Shown here in pieces: positions 43,301-54,200 of a DNA stretch of 64,000 nucleotides. The notes under the pieces are model-generated. The model ran no database searches. It saw only the letters and a program-made list of their open reading frames with translations, and was not told the origin of the DNA. The position numbers were made by a program, and so were the translations under genes. Every line of letters starts with the position of its first letter. The stretch's first letter is position 1. The stretch is from positions 1 through 64,000 of the IMG/VR virus record IMGVR_UViG_3300045988_092551. One strand, 5' to 3'. The stretch is from a virus.

Positions 43301-46300
43301 GCAACGCCAGGGTCGCCTTTTTCACCCTTGTCGCCTTGCTCACCCTTAATCTTGCTCCAAGTGTACTTGGTAACGTTCGTAGAGTCTTTCTGTTCATAGT
43401 CGGTGTACTGACCTATCCAGCTGCCAGGTGTCTCGCCGTCGTTGACAGTCAGTGTCTGACCACCATCATTTGAGTATTTGATATGCAGGTAACTGGTACG
43501 TCCATCTGCACCATTCTTGCCTGGTATGCCGTTCGTGCCGTCCTTACCCTGCAAACCCTCAAATCTGCTCCAAGTGTAAACGTTAGGGTCTGTAGAGTCG
43601 TTAGGAAGGAAGTCCACATACGTACCGATATACGTATTTGGAGTTTCAGTCATCTGTGCCGCTGTAGTAGGGTTGGCTTCAGAAGAATACTTGATATGGA
43701 AATAAGTAGTCTTGCCGTCCTTGCCTGGAGTACCAGGAATACCCTGCTCACCAGTCTCACCTTGCAGACCACGCAAGCCCTGCTCACCTTGCTCGCCTTT
43801 ATCTCCTTTGTCACCTTTTTCTCCTTTATCGCCATCTTTGAGTACAGGAATATCCATAGTTGCAAGAAGCACGTCCCCACGATGTTTAGTTCCATCAGCT
43901 GTTACTGAAAGCGTATAACAATCCAGTGTAAAATAGGCAGGGAGATTCTGAGCGGCAGCATCATTCGTTTGCAAATCTGTTCTACCTGTATATGGAGAAT
44001 CTATCTTAATATCCTGACAAGACGATTCCCACCAGCATTCATCAAGCACATCTTTCGTATCTCCCATCACCTTGTAGCAGCAAACAGACACTTTTGCAGT
44101 GCCGTTTTCTACATTATCACCATACAACCTACCACTAGAGCCAACACGGAACATACCGTTAGTTTCGATATTATAAAACACCGTGATAGGAGAGAAAGGT
44201 TTTTCAGGGTCTTCTGTAAACCACATGAAATTATTAGCATTGAACTTCACCTGCTCTGGCGATATAACACACGTGCAGGTCTTCCATTGATATGGACTGA
44301 TAATTTCCATACCAGCAGAATCCTTTTTTCCCGTAGAATACAGTGCTCCTAAGTTATGATACATAGTGATTGCCGGAGCATTATCGGTAGCATTGTCCTC
44401 GGTCGATGTAGAGATTTTAATGAGATTACCGCGGCTCTTCCAGCATATCTGGTCACCAACTTGTACAATGACATCACCTTCCGCTGGAGCATCTTGAGCA
44501 ATACCACTCTCATAGCCGTAGAAATAGCGGTTAGCTATTAAGTTCCCACCTTCATCTGTCTCCTTATCTTCAAGTTTCATAAGTATACCAGCCATGCTAC
44601 CCATGCTTTCAGCAGCAGACACCTCTATGCCATAATCTCCGAATACAAGCATATTAGTTCCATCTGCCGTTACCAATTTATTTGCATAAGTCGGCACGAT
44701 AGACTCAGAACCAAGAAACTTTTCCTTATTAGATAGCACCACGTAGTCATAGAGCTTACCATCATCCAGTATCTCCTGACCTACGCCAACGACAAGTCGC
44801 CAATAATATCTATTTTGCAATTTTTCATTTTTGCCAGCTTTAACATTAAAGGTCTGACAAAGTGCCATCATGCCTATACGCCACCAGTTCATGGTCCTGG
44901 TAGTACCATCATCGGCACACGCATAGCACTTATATCCTATACAATTACCATCAGCATCGAAAATTACTGACACCTTAGCAAGCGTACTACCTGCATTCGA
45001 GAATATCGTAGTTCCACCCGAATAACTTATCTTTCGTATCTCTGCGGAAGAGGCGAAAAACTTCTGTCGAACGACAATATTATCGAGGTACATATGTGAC
45101 TTTCCGTCATCGCCCATATAGAGGTCGAAACCTTGAGCACCAATAATAACTCTATCTGAAGGCGTAGAGGCAGCATCATGAATGCGGTCAACAACAACGT
45201 CGGAGAGACTTGCGCCACCATTCTTATCAATATAATGCTTTCCAGACTCACCTATAGCAAGCCCTTGCAAGAACTTCTGCACCTTCTCCCAAGTTACTGT
45301 ACCCTTTGCGGTGTCGTCGGTTATCTTTGAGACGAAGTACTTACTTCCCTCTGCCGCAACCTGGTTCTTGACCTGTGTAGTTGTCAAGCCTGCACCAGTT
45401 CCTCCATTTCCGCTTTGAAGCGACGAAATCTGCTGCTGAATCTTTTGGATAGTTCCAACCTCCTTATCCTCGCGAAGAGTTATATCGTAGGTAGGAATCT
45501 TACCGTCATCTTCCTTGATTATAAGCTGATCGATAGAAATGGTCCCACCGATTCTAAGGTCAGTATCCTCAAACTCCATCAGATCGCCAGCTTTGAGCGT
45601 ATCATGAAGGCTCTTAATGACTCCTGTATCATCTGCCTGTGCTTGGTCATGCTGCCTTGCCATGAAAAGCTCATCAACCTTTGGCTGGTATACATATCTT
45701 GTATAGTCGTTCTTATCAAGATACGCTATTGCGTACTTAAGGAGCTTCAGAGACGCAGCATTGACATACGAATCAGGAAGTGTGATGCCGGTAAGAACGA
45801 AATGGTCACCTTTCCTGATAGGATAGTCCTTGTATGGGAACCAAAGCTCAAGAGCATCGTCCTTGATTCGCTCGATAGTGAGCCTCCATCTCCCATCAAC
45901 CTTGGTTGCGGATGCTACCTTGAACGTTCGGCCACCGCACATACCATCTTTCATGGAGATTGAGAAATCATCGTCCTTCAAGTCGTTAATATCGAAATCG
46001 ACAGCCTTACTGAGGTAGATATCAACGTTCTTGACATTTTCGTTATCATTGAATCTGCCATCATCATCCGGAGATACACCCTCATCAATCTCATCAACAC
46101 GCACGCCACCGATAACCATTTCTTCGATTGTAGGGTAGATTTCGATGATTCCATTTGTTTTATCGTCTGTATCAAAGAACTGCGATGCCGAACGGAGCCC
46201 AATCTGGTCGATATTAACAGAGTCGATATATGGCCTATGTGGATCTGTAGAGAATTTGTGTTGCTTCCCGGTAGGATTCACATACTTTTTATTTGTTTCC

Positions 46301-47592
46301 GTGAGCGAATTATAGAAGTCGCTCAGAGACACATGTGGAAAACCTGGCAACATAAGTCTGTTGATGGACATATTGTTCGGGAGATTCTCTGCATACTCCT
46401 TCATGGATGACGGAATGACCTTCTTGTTGAGACCAGACGTGATATACAGCTTTGTATTTCCGGCCTTGACCTGCGCAATAAACGCATCAAGCTTCTCCTT
46501 TGATTCCTCATCTCCGGTGTCAGTCTGTGTTCCCTTCAGCTCAGAATAGAATCTACATTTTTTAGAGTCGTATGCCTGTGTTACATAACCGGTGATGACA
46601 GTCTGAAAATCGAACGTTACCTGAAGAACCCAACCAAAAGACTGCTCCTGTGACTCGCCGGAAACAACGTACTTTCTCTTATTCTTAAAATATGTCTCGA
46701 TATAATCGATATCCAGTTCAAGCTCAACATTTGTGCTAGCTGTAACCACTTTCGTGATATTCGCCACGTACTTGACACCGAGGTCCGCATAGTAATGAGA
46801 AGGAAGATTCTTCTCCGAACCATAAGCTCTCAGTCTCGTAACGACACTCTGGTCGGAATCAGCGTTCTGAACAATCTCATATAACCCATTACCGAGGCCA
46901 TACTTGAAGATATGCTTTGCCTGTATTCCGGTAGTACCGACATATACGTTTCTTCCTCTGACGATGAAGTTTATGTCCCACTTCTCGTTCACAAGCGCAA
47001 GGGCCTGCCAACAGGTCTGTGAATCCACTGTGATAGACATCGATTCGATGACGTTATCGCTTGTTCCTTCGCCGTACATTGACATCCACTCGCTTTCCAG
47101 GGCACCACGCTGCAAGGAACGCTCCATGTTCCTGGAGTAAATCTTCCAAAGACCCTTACCAATCTGCTCGTCGAGGTTCGCCTGAATCCTGTCGAGTAAA
47201 TCATCCAGAGTCTGTACGTAGAATGGGAATTTCGGTAGGGCGGTGTAGTGGAGTTCGTTGTCATTCAATACCACATCGAGGAACTCAGCCCTAGAAAGCT
47301 CATCCTGCAATGCGTTGAACTTTACACTGTCATAAACGAAGCCCTCACCGTAGGTGTCAGGTCTTGCCTGCTTATCTTTGCCCGGCTCGTAGTTGAGTTC
47401 AAACCGCTCGTCACGATAGACAATATAGTCGCCTATCTGAAAGTTGATAGGCTCTTCATGCTTGAAGCTGATAGTCAAAAAACACTCACCCATCCAGGAA
47501 TCAGAGTATTCCAATCCATGAACGGTTATCTGCTCTCCGTTAACGTCTGTCAGCTTCGAGCCATCCTTATGATAAATATTCCAAGTGCTCAT
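40396..47592 (-). CDS. giant tail-tip / receptor-binding structural protein (Tal-like N-terminus, collagen-like modules)
   Basis: 2398 aa, lying after the Dit-like gene. Has three Gly-X-Y runs (e.g. 'GDKGEKGDKGDKGEQGEQGLRGLQGETGEQGIPGTPGKDG') that alternate with 'Y(F/L)HIKYS...YTWS' modules. Confidence 0.75.
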   Translation of the reverse strand: MSTWNIYHKDGSKLTDVNGEQITVHGLEYSDSWMGECFLTISFKHEEPINFQIGDYIVYRDERFELNYEPGKDKQARPDTYGEGFVYDSVKFNALQDELSRAEFLDVVLNDNELHYTALPKFPFYVQTLDDLLDRIQANLDEQIGKGLWKIYSRNMERSLQRGALESEWMSMYGEGTSDNVIESMSITVDSQTCWQALALVNEKWDINFIVRGRNVYVGTTGIQAKHIFKYGLGNGLYEIVQNADSDQSVVTRLRAYGSEKNLPSHYYADLGVKYVANITKVVTASTNVELELDIDYIETYFKNKRKYVVSGESQEQSFGWVLQVTFDFQTVITGYVTQAYDSKKCRFYSELKGTQTDTGDEESKEKLDAFIAQVKAGNTKLYITSGLNKKVIPSSMKEYAENLPNNMSINRLMLPGFPHVSLSDFYNSLTETNKKYVNPTGKQHKFSTDPHRPYIDSVNIDQIGLRSASQFFDTDDKTNGIIEIYPTIEEMVIGGVRVDEIDEGVSPDDDGRFNDNENVKNVDIYLSKAVDFDINDLKDDDFSISMKDGMCGGRTFKVASATKVDGRWRLTIERIKDDALELWFPYKDYPIRKGDHFVLTGITLPDSYVNAASLKLLKYAIAYLDKNDYTRYVYQPKVDELFMARQHDQAQADDTGVIKSLHDTLKAGDLMEFEDTDLRIGGTISIDQLIIKEDDGKIPTYDITLREDKEVGTIQKIQQQISSLQSGNGGTGAGLTTTQVKNQVAAEGSKYFVSKITDDTAKGTVTWEKVQKFLQGLAIGESGKHYIDKNGGASLSDVVVDRIHDAASTPSDRVIIGAQGFDLYMGDDGKSHMYLDNIVVRQKFFASSAEIRKISYSGGTTIFSNAGSTLAKVSVIFDADGNCIGYKCYACADDGTTRTMNWWRIGMMALCQTFNVKAGKNEKLQNRYYWRLVVGVGQEILDDGKLYDYVVLSNKEKFLGSESIVPTYANKLVTADGTNMLVFGDYGIEVSAAESMGSMAGILMKLEDKETDEGGNLIANRYFYGYESGIAQDAPAEGDVIVQVGDQICWKSRGNLIKISTSTEDNATDNAPAITMYHNLGALYSTGKKDSAGMEIISPYQWKTCTCVISPEQVKFNANNFMWFTEDPEKPFSPITVFYNIETNGMFRVGSSGRLYGDNVENGTAKVSVCCYKVMGDTKDVLDECWWESSCQDIKIDSPYTGRTDLQTNDAAAQNLPAYFTLDCYTLSVTADGTKHRGDVLLATMDIPVLKDGDKGEKGDKGDKGEQGEQGLRGLQGETGEQGIPGTPGKDGKTTYFHIKYSSEANPTTAAQMTETPNTYIGTYVDFLPNDSTDPNVYTWSRFEGLQGKDGTNGIPGKNGADGRTSYLHIKYSNDGGQTLTVNDGETPGSWIGQYTDYEQKDSTNVTKYTWSKIKGEQGDKGEKGDPGVAGVSPVTYTVDFLLQEKKVYIYVHKIQEKTNITHLISKWNNTLTCNVYINGEYLAYKDSDVMSDSYIDLLAFPSAKTIDIILKQKDGDEQLAIGNYTIGSEFEYQIIPEVVIFDTNDEGKLLTPKQSAEIKCYRNGQDVTNNCGFSLTNNHHLNCTPGPGQKKNMVIIQNITNVTVDGITMPAQNGYAQVQITDEHGGLHYAYVKFQVNITKFVAHVYSNNKTLTSQYSEISGKVNDMSGKLDGLPTGNELKEWKSSIIQTAREISLSVSEKSIGRRNLLVNSAFRNQDSVFINSVARIEKNTGVDGVNCIYSSDKYSGTGEGNYIGAFWDSTQGNSVVTNIPIVKGKKYVFSCWIKSDNLDLTFNIECLYMKSINQQSRDNVDSAISVAFKVHEKNKWEKISCVLDTNNAKATEFLAVNFWSNNKNVPKVTDATGATDYPTCHAYICKPMMEEGDTYGGWTLSDNDYDYVGGNILDNTRSLEKSGNLKIESSEIINEGYEYAYAVAHSNNTTSTYIEMLQWNMVGRINDGQDYMFSFLAKGTGVVSTYLWKDGTPRFFVESSNNKHDAVSTDGNVDFKLTNEWKRYWVHYHLNTSSEHPLPENLLIRCNNGNDVYVCQPKLEVGATMTEYTERKTDLVDKASLKKAGIEITSEQVTLYGNKVQVKTPKANPSEGYDEAAMFQNGKLNAKFINAGDVVAKGINAQEITATKLNVTGDSKIGIWSIKKDDNWGDIMQAKGTEYNGATVVSGIQYCPLFIRGGSLYTDYFRVGTSCTEFSYQSSADHFNAVWFGMAARTVCKGSNNNMNLPTNYAYNTQYEPVQYIYSEQSKKDSPALAINVIAKGFTGTPTALQTNGAIQGVIAPNLRIMNYSGQISSSDCIVIVTKGGITLKLPAGPVVGQTLLIYSKVSSNVYIEYDSSGGYGTGKMYSDGSLQTKIEIGRAGTFTYFIFDGENWCYAYFNGSHRNA

Positions 47593-47601
47593 GTGTCAGT
47601 A

Positions 47602-48090
47602 TTATCCTAAATTTGAAATTCCGCCCTGTGCATCCATGATTGGCTTGATGTCAGTAACAGGGTCGTTAAACTTGAAAGTTATAGAGAGAATAAGCAAGTC
47701 CTCGCTGCCCGGATATCTGTATAGGTCCGGATCAATGCCCTTCAGTCTTACATGTTGCCTTCCGATCTTATTGAAGTCACAGTACATTTTCATCATGCCG
47801 GACTTACGGAGATAGCCAATGAAAGCCTTACACTTCTCATTTGCGCCGAAGGCATCACCTTTAAACAGAAACTTGACCTTGTTCTCGTATGCTGCCATAT
47901 AAAGTCCATCCTTTCCGATATATTCGTCATCACCATGTTCATCGTGCCACTCCCTTTTTATAGGCTCCTTGACGGCATCGCATGGTTTGAACGGATTCTC
48001 GCTAACATACATGCCGAAGTCGGCGATGGAGTCCTTCACCTCGTTCCCATCGCCTTCCTTCTGCATGTATATCCTGAAATAATCTTTCAT
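47602..48090 (-). CDS. putative distal tail protein
   Basis: 162 aa, located between the tape measure and the tail-tip protein. Assignment is positional. Confidence 0.4.
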   Translation of the reverse strand: MKDYFRIYMQKEGDGNEVKDSIADFGMYVSENPFKPCDAVKEPIKREWHDEHGDDEYIGKDGLYMAAYENKVKFLFKGDAFGANEKCKAFIGYLRKSGMMKMYCDFNKIGRQHVRLKGIDPDLYRYPGSEDLLILSITFKFNDPVTDIKPIMDAQGGISNLG

Positions 48091-48115
48091 ACCTTAAATC
48101 AACTTTTTATAATTG

Positions 48116-48123
48116 CAAATATA
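48116..48123 (-). promoter_or_regulatory. -7 box TAtaTTTG (internal late promoter)
   Basis: Plus-strand caaatata in the 124-nt gap after the tape measure gene. Confidence 0.35.
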
Positions 48124-48214
48124 CGAAATAATACATAAATATGCAAGAAATATCCGATTAAAAATGTATAAATATACCAAAGAGGGCACAGATATACATC
48201 CGCGCCCCCGATTA

Positions 48215-51200
48215 TTACTTCATCTTCAATGATTTTGTTCCGTTAAGAACTCTATTGAAGTTGTCGTTATACTCAACGAATATACTTTCAATCCTCTCGG
48301 CCGCATCCGCATTGCGTAACGTATTTCGAGAAATTGCATCGAGTTGTGTCAGCTGAGACTTGGCAATCTCGCTCATCTCTGGATAATACTTAGCTTGTTC
48401 TGCTCTCATGACAGAGCAATCGAGCCTAATTGCGTTGAGGTATGAGGCAATCAAGTCTCCTGTTTCCTCCGTAATGCTCTTGACGGAGTTCCTTGATGAC
48501 GAACTACTGTTGTCGGACCATCCATATACTTTCTTAAGATAGTCACGAGTAGCTTCTATCTGCTTTGAGAGCTCATCTGTGCTGTTCTTTACGTCGGCAT
48601 ACTCGGCTCCTGTGTATTCTGAAATAACATTTCCGTTGGAATCCTTAATCTTGTCACCATTCTCAGCGTACCCCTGAGTCTTCTTCAAAAGAGCCTTAAT
48701 CTTGTCTCCATATATATTCTCAATCATGGAGTTCAAGATGGTCTTCTTCAGGTTGTCCTCAAAGTGCTCAACGAGATTATCTGACGAATTCGCCATCGTT
48801 GCCATTGCGTCACCCCAGGAAGACACCAGGTCAGAGAACTTGTTACCGGTCAGCTTTTCAGTCACCGCCTCAATCATGTCATCAGCCTTCTCGCCATACT
48901 GGATGAGTTTTTCCAGGTAATCCCTGAACTCTGAGTCCATGTTAGCCCAAAGACCAGTGTAATCCTTCTTAATCTTTGACAATGTATCAGCGTTCATGTT
49001 GAGCATGTCTTCCATGCCGTTGAACTGGACTCCGTACTTCGAAGAGATTTCTCCGGCAACATCACGCCAGTTCTGGCCATTGTATTTGTACGAACCTTTC
49101 CACATTCGATACCAGATGGAGTGGGAGCCAGCTGACGAACCAGAGTTGAGCCTCTTCTGGGCTATAACCTTAGTCTGTTCAATCTCGGCTTTGAGCATTT
49201 CCTGAGCTTCCTTGTATGCCTCTGTAGCCTCAGTACCCCAATGGATATTCATATACTCAGTCTTCTTGGAAATGAGGGAATCCCAAATGGATGTAAGGTT
49301 GTCGTACTCAGCCTTCGCCTTTTCGTAACTGCTGTAGTCTGCGCCGAATGCCTTGATAAGAGAACCACCAATACTCAACGCTGCGGAAGCGGCTGCCGCG
49401 TATGGACCAGCCCCCTCAAGGAATCCAAGACCCTTCATTTTACTTAGGGTGTCAAAGGCTCCAGCTGTACTTGCTGCCGAAGAGAATGCGCCTGATGCTC
49501 CACCAACAATTTGACCAAGGATTGAATCCTCTTCGCCCATAGCCTTAAACAGATTGATTACCGGGTCAAGAACCGTATTGAGTGCCTGCATCTTCGTCGC
49601 AAGTTCAGAGATTGCTTTAGACGAGTCGGCGTACGCTGACTGCTGATCGTTCTTCAGACTCGCCTTGGTTCTTACGCCGCCTGCGATTCCAAGTCTCGAA
49701 GCCTCCTCCTTACTAACGAATATCTTCGCAGTATCGTCCTTACCGCCAAGACGCTCATTTATGAACTTCCCGATAGCCTTACCGCGATTAACTCCTCCGA
49801 AGATGAAGCCGAACGGATTCCTGCTAATCTGCTCATTTCTGAGCTTATCCAATGCATCCCTCAACTGCTTGATTGATTCTACAGACAGACCGGTAGTCAT
49901 GGAGAACTGGTCAATCTTTTCAATCATCGAGTTGATTGTTGCCGAGGACACCCTATCGAGGTCATCGAAGATAGCAACCCAATCAGATTCCTGCTTGAAC
50001 TGCTCGAACTGAAGCTTTGCCACGTTCTCGCTGTGAGTCTTTGTGGCTCCGGCCTTGGCTCTGTCTCTCATCTGCGGGTCTTCTATACCATTGATGAGTT
50101 CAAGCTGTCTCTCATATTTTCGGTTTTCATCCTCAATTTGCTGGGCGATGGTTGCATTCTTTTCAATCAGACTAGCCATCAGGTCGATGGTCTCCTTCTT
50201 GATCTTGTTATTCTCATCTTCCAGCTTCTTGCGGATATCGTAAACACGAGTCTCCTCGCCATACTTATCCTTAACATTTTCAAGACTCATTCCCTTAACC
50301 TCGTCCATGGTCAAGTTAAGGCCGGACTGAACGTTGTCGTGCTTTACCGCAATATCGAGCTGCGCCTCCAGGAACCTCTTGTATGTATCAAACTGAACAG
50401 TTCCTCCGAAAGCTATGTTTTCTGAACCCTTCTTGTTTCCTGTCAGCTCATATATCTTCTTGTATGTCTCATACTGCTCGGATATAACATCAAGCTGCTT
50501 GTTGAGCACATTCAGCTCATCTCTTCGCTGGTCTTCAAGAAGCTTTCGGTTTTCAGTCTGAATACCGGCCTTCTCGTTTGCAGCGTAGTCCAATCTGTCC
50601 TTCGTTGACGCAGGGAGAGTCTTCAAGAGCTCCTTGATGGAAGTCTCGTAGTTGGTATAATCAGAGATAGGGAATCTCTTCTTGTCACCAAAGATAGCCT
50701 CAAACTCTCCGTCGTTGGCAAGTTGACCGAGAGCACCCTCACCGTAAAGTTCCTTGAACTTCTTGATTTCAGCGTACATTTTCTTATACAAGTCGATGCG
50801 ATCACGGAGATCCTTCAACTGTTTATCTTCTTTGCGACCTGAATTTCTATTTTTCCCTTTCGGAACCTTATTGGACTTCTTTCCGCTTCCGTCATAGTCG
50901 TAATAAAGCAAATCTTTTGCGGCCTGCTTTACCGTCTGCCAAGCCGTATAGAGCTCATCGGATTTTTTTGCTTTAGAAGCCTTAGCAGAAAGATACTCGT
51001 TCTTGGCTTTATCAATATCAGACTGCGCTGAATTTCTAGCGGAATACCAGCTATCCTCTTTGCCCCACTTTTCTGCAAACGCTTTGTACTTTCCTGATGT
51101 CTCGCTCATAATGAGACCGCTATATCTGCTTGGTATTCTTTTCACAAGCTCACTCTGCAAGTTATTCAGCTTTTCGCCACCGTCAAGAACGAGCCTGATA

Positions 51201-54200
51201 ACAGCCTGGAAGTTTGATGCAGCAAGCATATTCTGAAGAGTACGTTCCAGTTCCGGATATTGTCTGATGAGACCGTTCTTGGCATCATTCATCAGCTCTT
51301 TCACCTTCGCCTTCTCCGCGTCGTTAAGTGGAATACTTGCCTTTATCTTCTCGCCAATCATCGGGAAAGACTTATCAATCAAAGCAATCATACTATTAGA
51401 TACCTCTGCCTGTAGCCATGCACTCTTGTCCCCACACCCGAATGCCTGTAAGATAGATGTTCTGATAATATCAGCCTTATCCTCTGGAATACCCATTGAG
51501 GAGAATATACCACTCATAGCCTGCATCGCGGCCTCACGCATTTTTTCATCTTTCCCGATATCGCCGAACCTCTTTGCAAGCTCCTTCTTTAGTGATTCTA
51601 TATAGTTGTCGTATGCAGTTTCATTAGCATACAACTCCTTATCTCCCGTGGAAGCGTCAGAGGCCATAGCTGCTACACGCATCTCTTCTCTCTTCTTGAA
51701 GGCATCAATAACATCTTCCGTTGCATCACTCAAATCCGAATAATAACCTCTGTTGCTGAGCTTTGTGCTCGCAATATCATTGGCTTCTTTTAGCAGCTTA
51801 ATCTCTTGCTCAAGATACTTAAGACGATCAGCGTGACTTTTCTTTTCTTCTGCCGTCATCAGCATATTCTTGTAACTATAAGGGGCAAGTTCTTTCAACT
51901 TTTCCTTGTAGCTATCAATCATATTATCAATCTCCTTTGTGTCGCCACCGGATATTGCAATGTTCACGTTGTTATCACGGAGAAAATCTCTTATCTGCTT
52001 GTTTTTATCGGCTATTTCGTCTTGCGTCTGCTTTATCTTTTGACTGAGCTCCTGATACTCACTAATAGCGTATGTGATGCCAAAAGTAACAGCTGTAATG
52101 ATAAGGCCAGGTAAACCTCCTATAGCTGACCAGATTCCAGCTGCAAGAGTCTTAGCTCCTGTACCTATAACTCTAAATGCAGCCAAAGCCGATGCCTGGA
52201 ATCCTGTCCACACATTCTTTACAGAAGACAAAGTGGTAGTAAGAGACATAGAGCGCATTGTCGCCAATGTGCGCAGCATTTCCATCCTAATAGTCTTCTC
52301 GCCGGTCTGTCTCAGCACAATACCTCTATATATGCTATATTGCTCGGCGGTGATTTTGCCAGATAATCGCAACTGATTGAGCTTCTCGGTCGTCAATGCT
52401 CTAGCGTTAGCCAGTGCTCTCAGGTCTGCTCCTGTAATCTGATTCTTCGTTGCGAGAATCCTTTGCTCTATCTGTGTTAGGGCCTGGCCCTGCAACACCT
52501 TATTCTGAATATTAGATGCGAGATTTGCCTTATTCGAAAGAAAGCCGGAAGCCACATTGCCAGCCGCCATCTTCTTGAATGCGTAGCCGGCGAATATTGC
52601 GCCCATAGGCATCGCAAGAGTGTGCAGGGACTGAACCAGAGCAGTTGCTCCATCAATTGCGGTCTTGAAGAACTTACCAACGAGCGCATCACCACTCGCA
52701 AACTCGGCAAGCATGATTTCCCAGGCATCTTTCAACTTGTTATATCGTCCGAGCAAAGTCTCACTCAGAACCTGCTGCATATTATAGAACTGACCGCCTG
52801 CATCTGTCATCTGCCAAAAGATAGACTTCACATCATCGAAGCTAACCTCTCTGTTTGAAATTCGGGTCTTAATCTCTGATGTTGAAACATTTCGACCCTC
52901 TTGCTTAGAGTAAAACTTTGACAACTTATCAAGCAAAGGAATGCCGGCGTATGCAATCTGACGAAGTTCCTTGCCATCGAGCCAACCGCGAGCCTGTACC
53001 TGGCCAAACGCCAATGCGATACGGTCAAAGCTAACACCAAGACCGGAAGACATATCCGCAAGCCTCTTGGTTGTGTCATAGAGCTGGTCGTACTCAACTC
53101 CATACGCAGCCAACTGCTTAACATCTCGGTTCAACTCAGAGAACGTAAATGGCGAATTAAGAGCGAGTTCCTTAATCTGATTGAACATTGTATTCGCATT
53201 CTGCATATCACCAAGGATTGACTGGAGAGCAATATGCTGCTTCTCCATCTCACCACCAGTAGTGATGATGCTCATAGCGAACTGCTGTGCGCCGAACACA
53301 AGACCTCCCTGCAAGAAAAGTGACTTCAAATCCTGTACGGTTGAATTCAGCTTTCCTGCATGACTGTTGGCTCTCTCGAAGCCGCGGACCAAATCAGACT
53401 GAACCTTTGCAGCCGTCTGAGCAATCTCCTGCTGACGCTTCTGCTCCAGCTCAATGCCTCTTTGAACCTCTCGGTTTACTGCTTTCTGGTCTTGAAGAAC
53501 CCTTGATGCCAATGTGGTATCGTGACCGCTACCGATGTTGCCAAGCTGGCCAAGATAACCCTTCCATCCTATAGGAGACGAAAGGCTGTCTTTTATATTT
53601 TGCAGCTGTCTCATTATAGAAATGAGTCTATGTATTTCAGCCTCCGTCTTGCTTACATCTGCACCGATAGAGATACCCCTGCTGTATTCCGAACGAAGCT
53701 GACGAACCTTGTTGCCGAGAGAATCGTATCGGCGTTCGGTGTTCTTCAACTCGTTCTGACGCTGCTTCTCATTTGCTTTTGCCTCGCGTGCTGCGTCTGC
53801 CTCGTCTTTCTTTCGCTTTTTCTCAGCATCTTGTTCTGTCTTGTATCTTTCTAAGATAGCATTCTTTACAACTTTAGCATAAGTCTTTGCTTCATCTATA
53901 GCATTGAGATATCCGGCACTCTTTACGACATCAGATGCTGTGAGTCCGGTAATAGGATGAATACCTCCGTTATTCCTAATCTGTTCTAACTCAGTCCTGT
54001 ATTTAGACAGCTCTGACAACGACTGACGTATGTTGCTCGTTGAATCGACGCCAAACATCTGTATTCCTTCACCATGGCGTTTGTTGATTTCGTCAATAAT
54101 AGAAGATAACTTATGAAGTTCTCTCTCTGCCTTGTTTGCCTCAGTGGAAACACTGTTAGGGAATATGTTGAATCCAGCACCTTCCTTAGACACCTCTCCG

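Noticed and set aside
36025-47592. Diversity-generating retroelement targeting the fibre or tail-tip C-termini
   Set aside because: There is no reverse transcriptase ORF in the window. The only near-identical repeat pair (37271-37738) differs by mixed substitutions, not adenine-specific ones.
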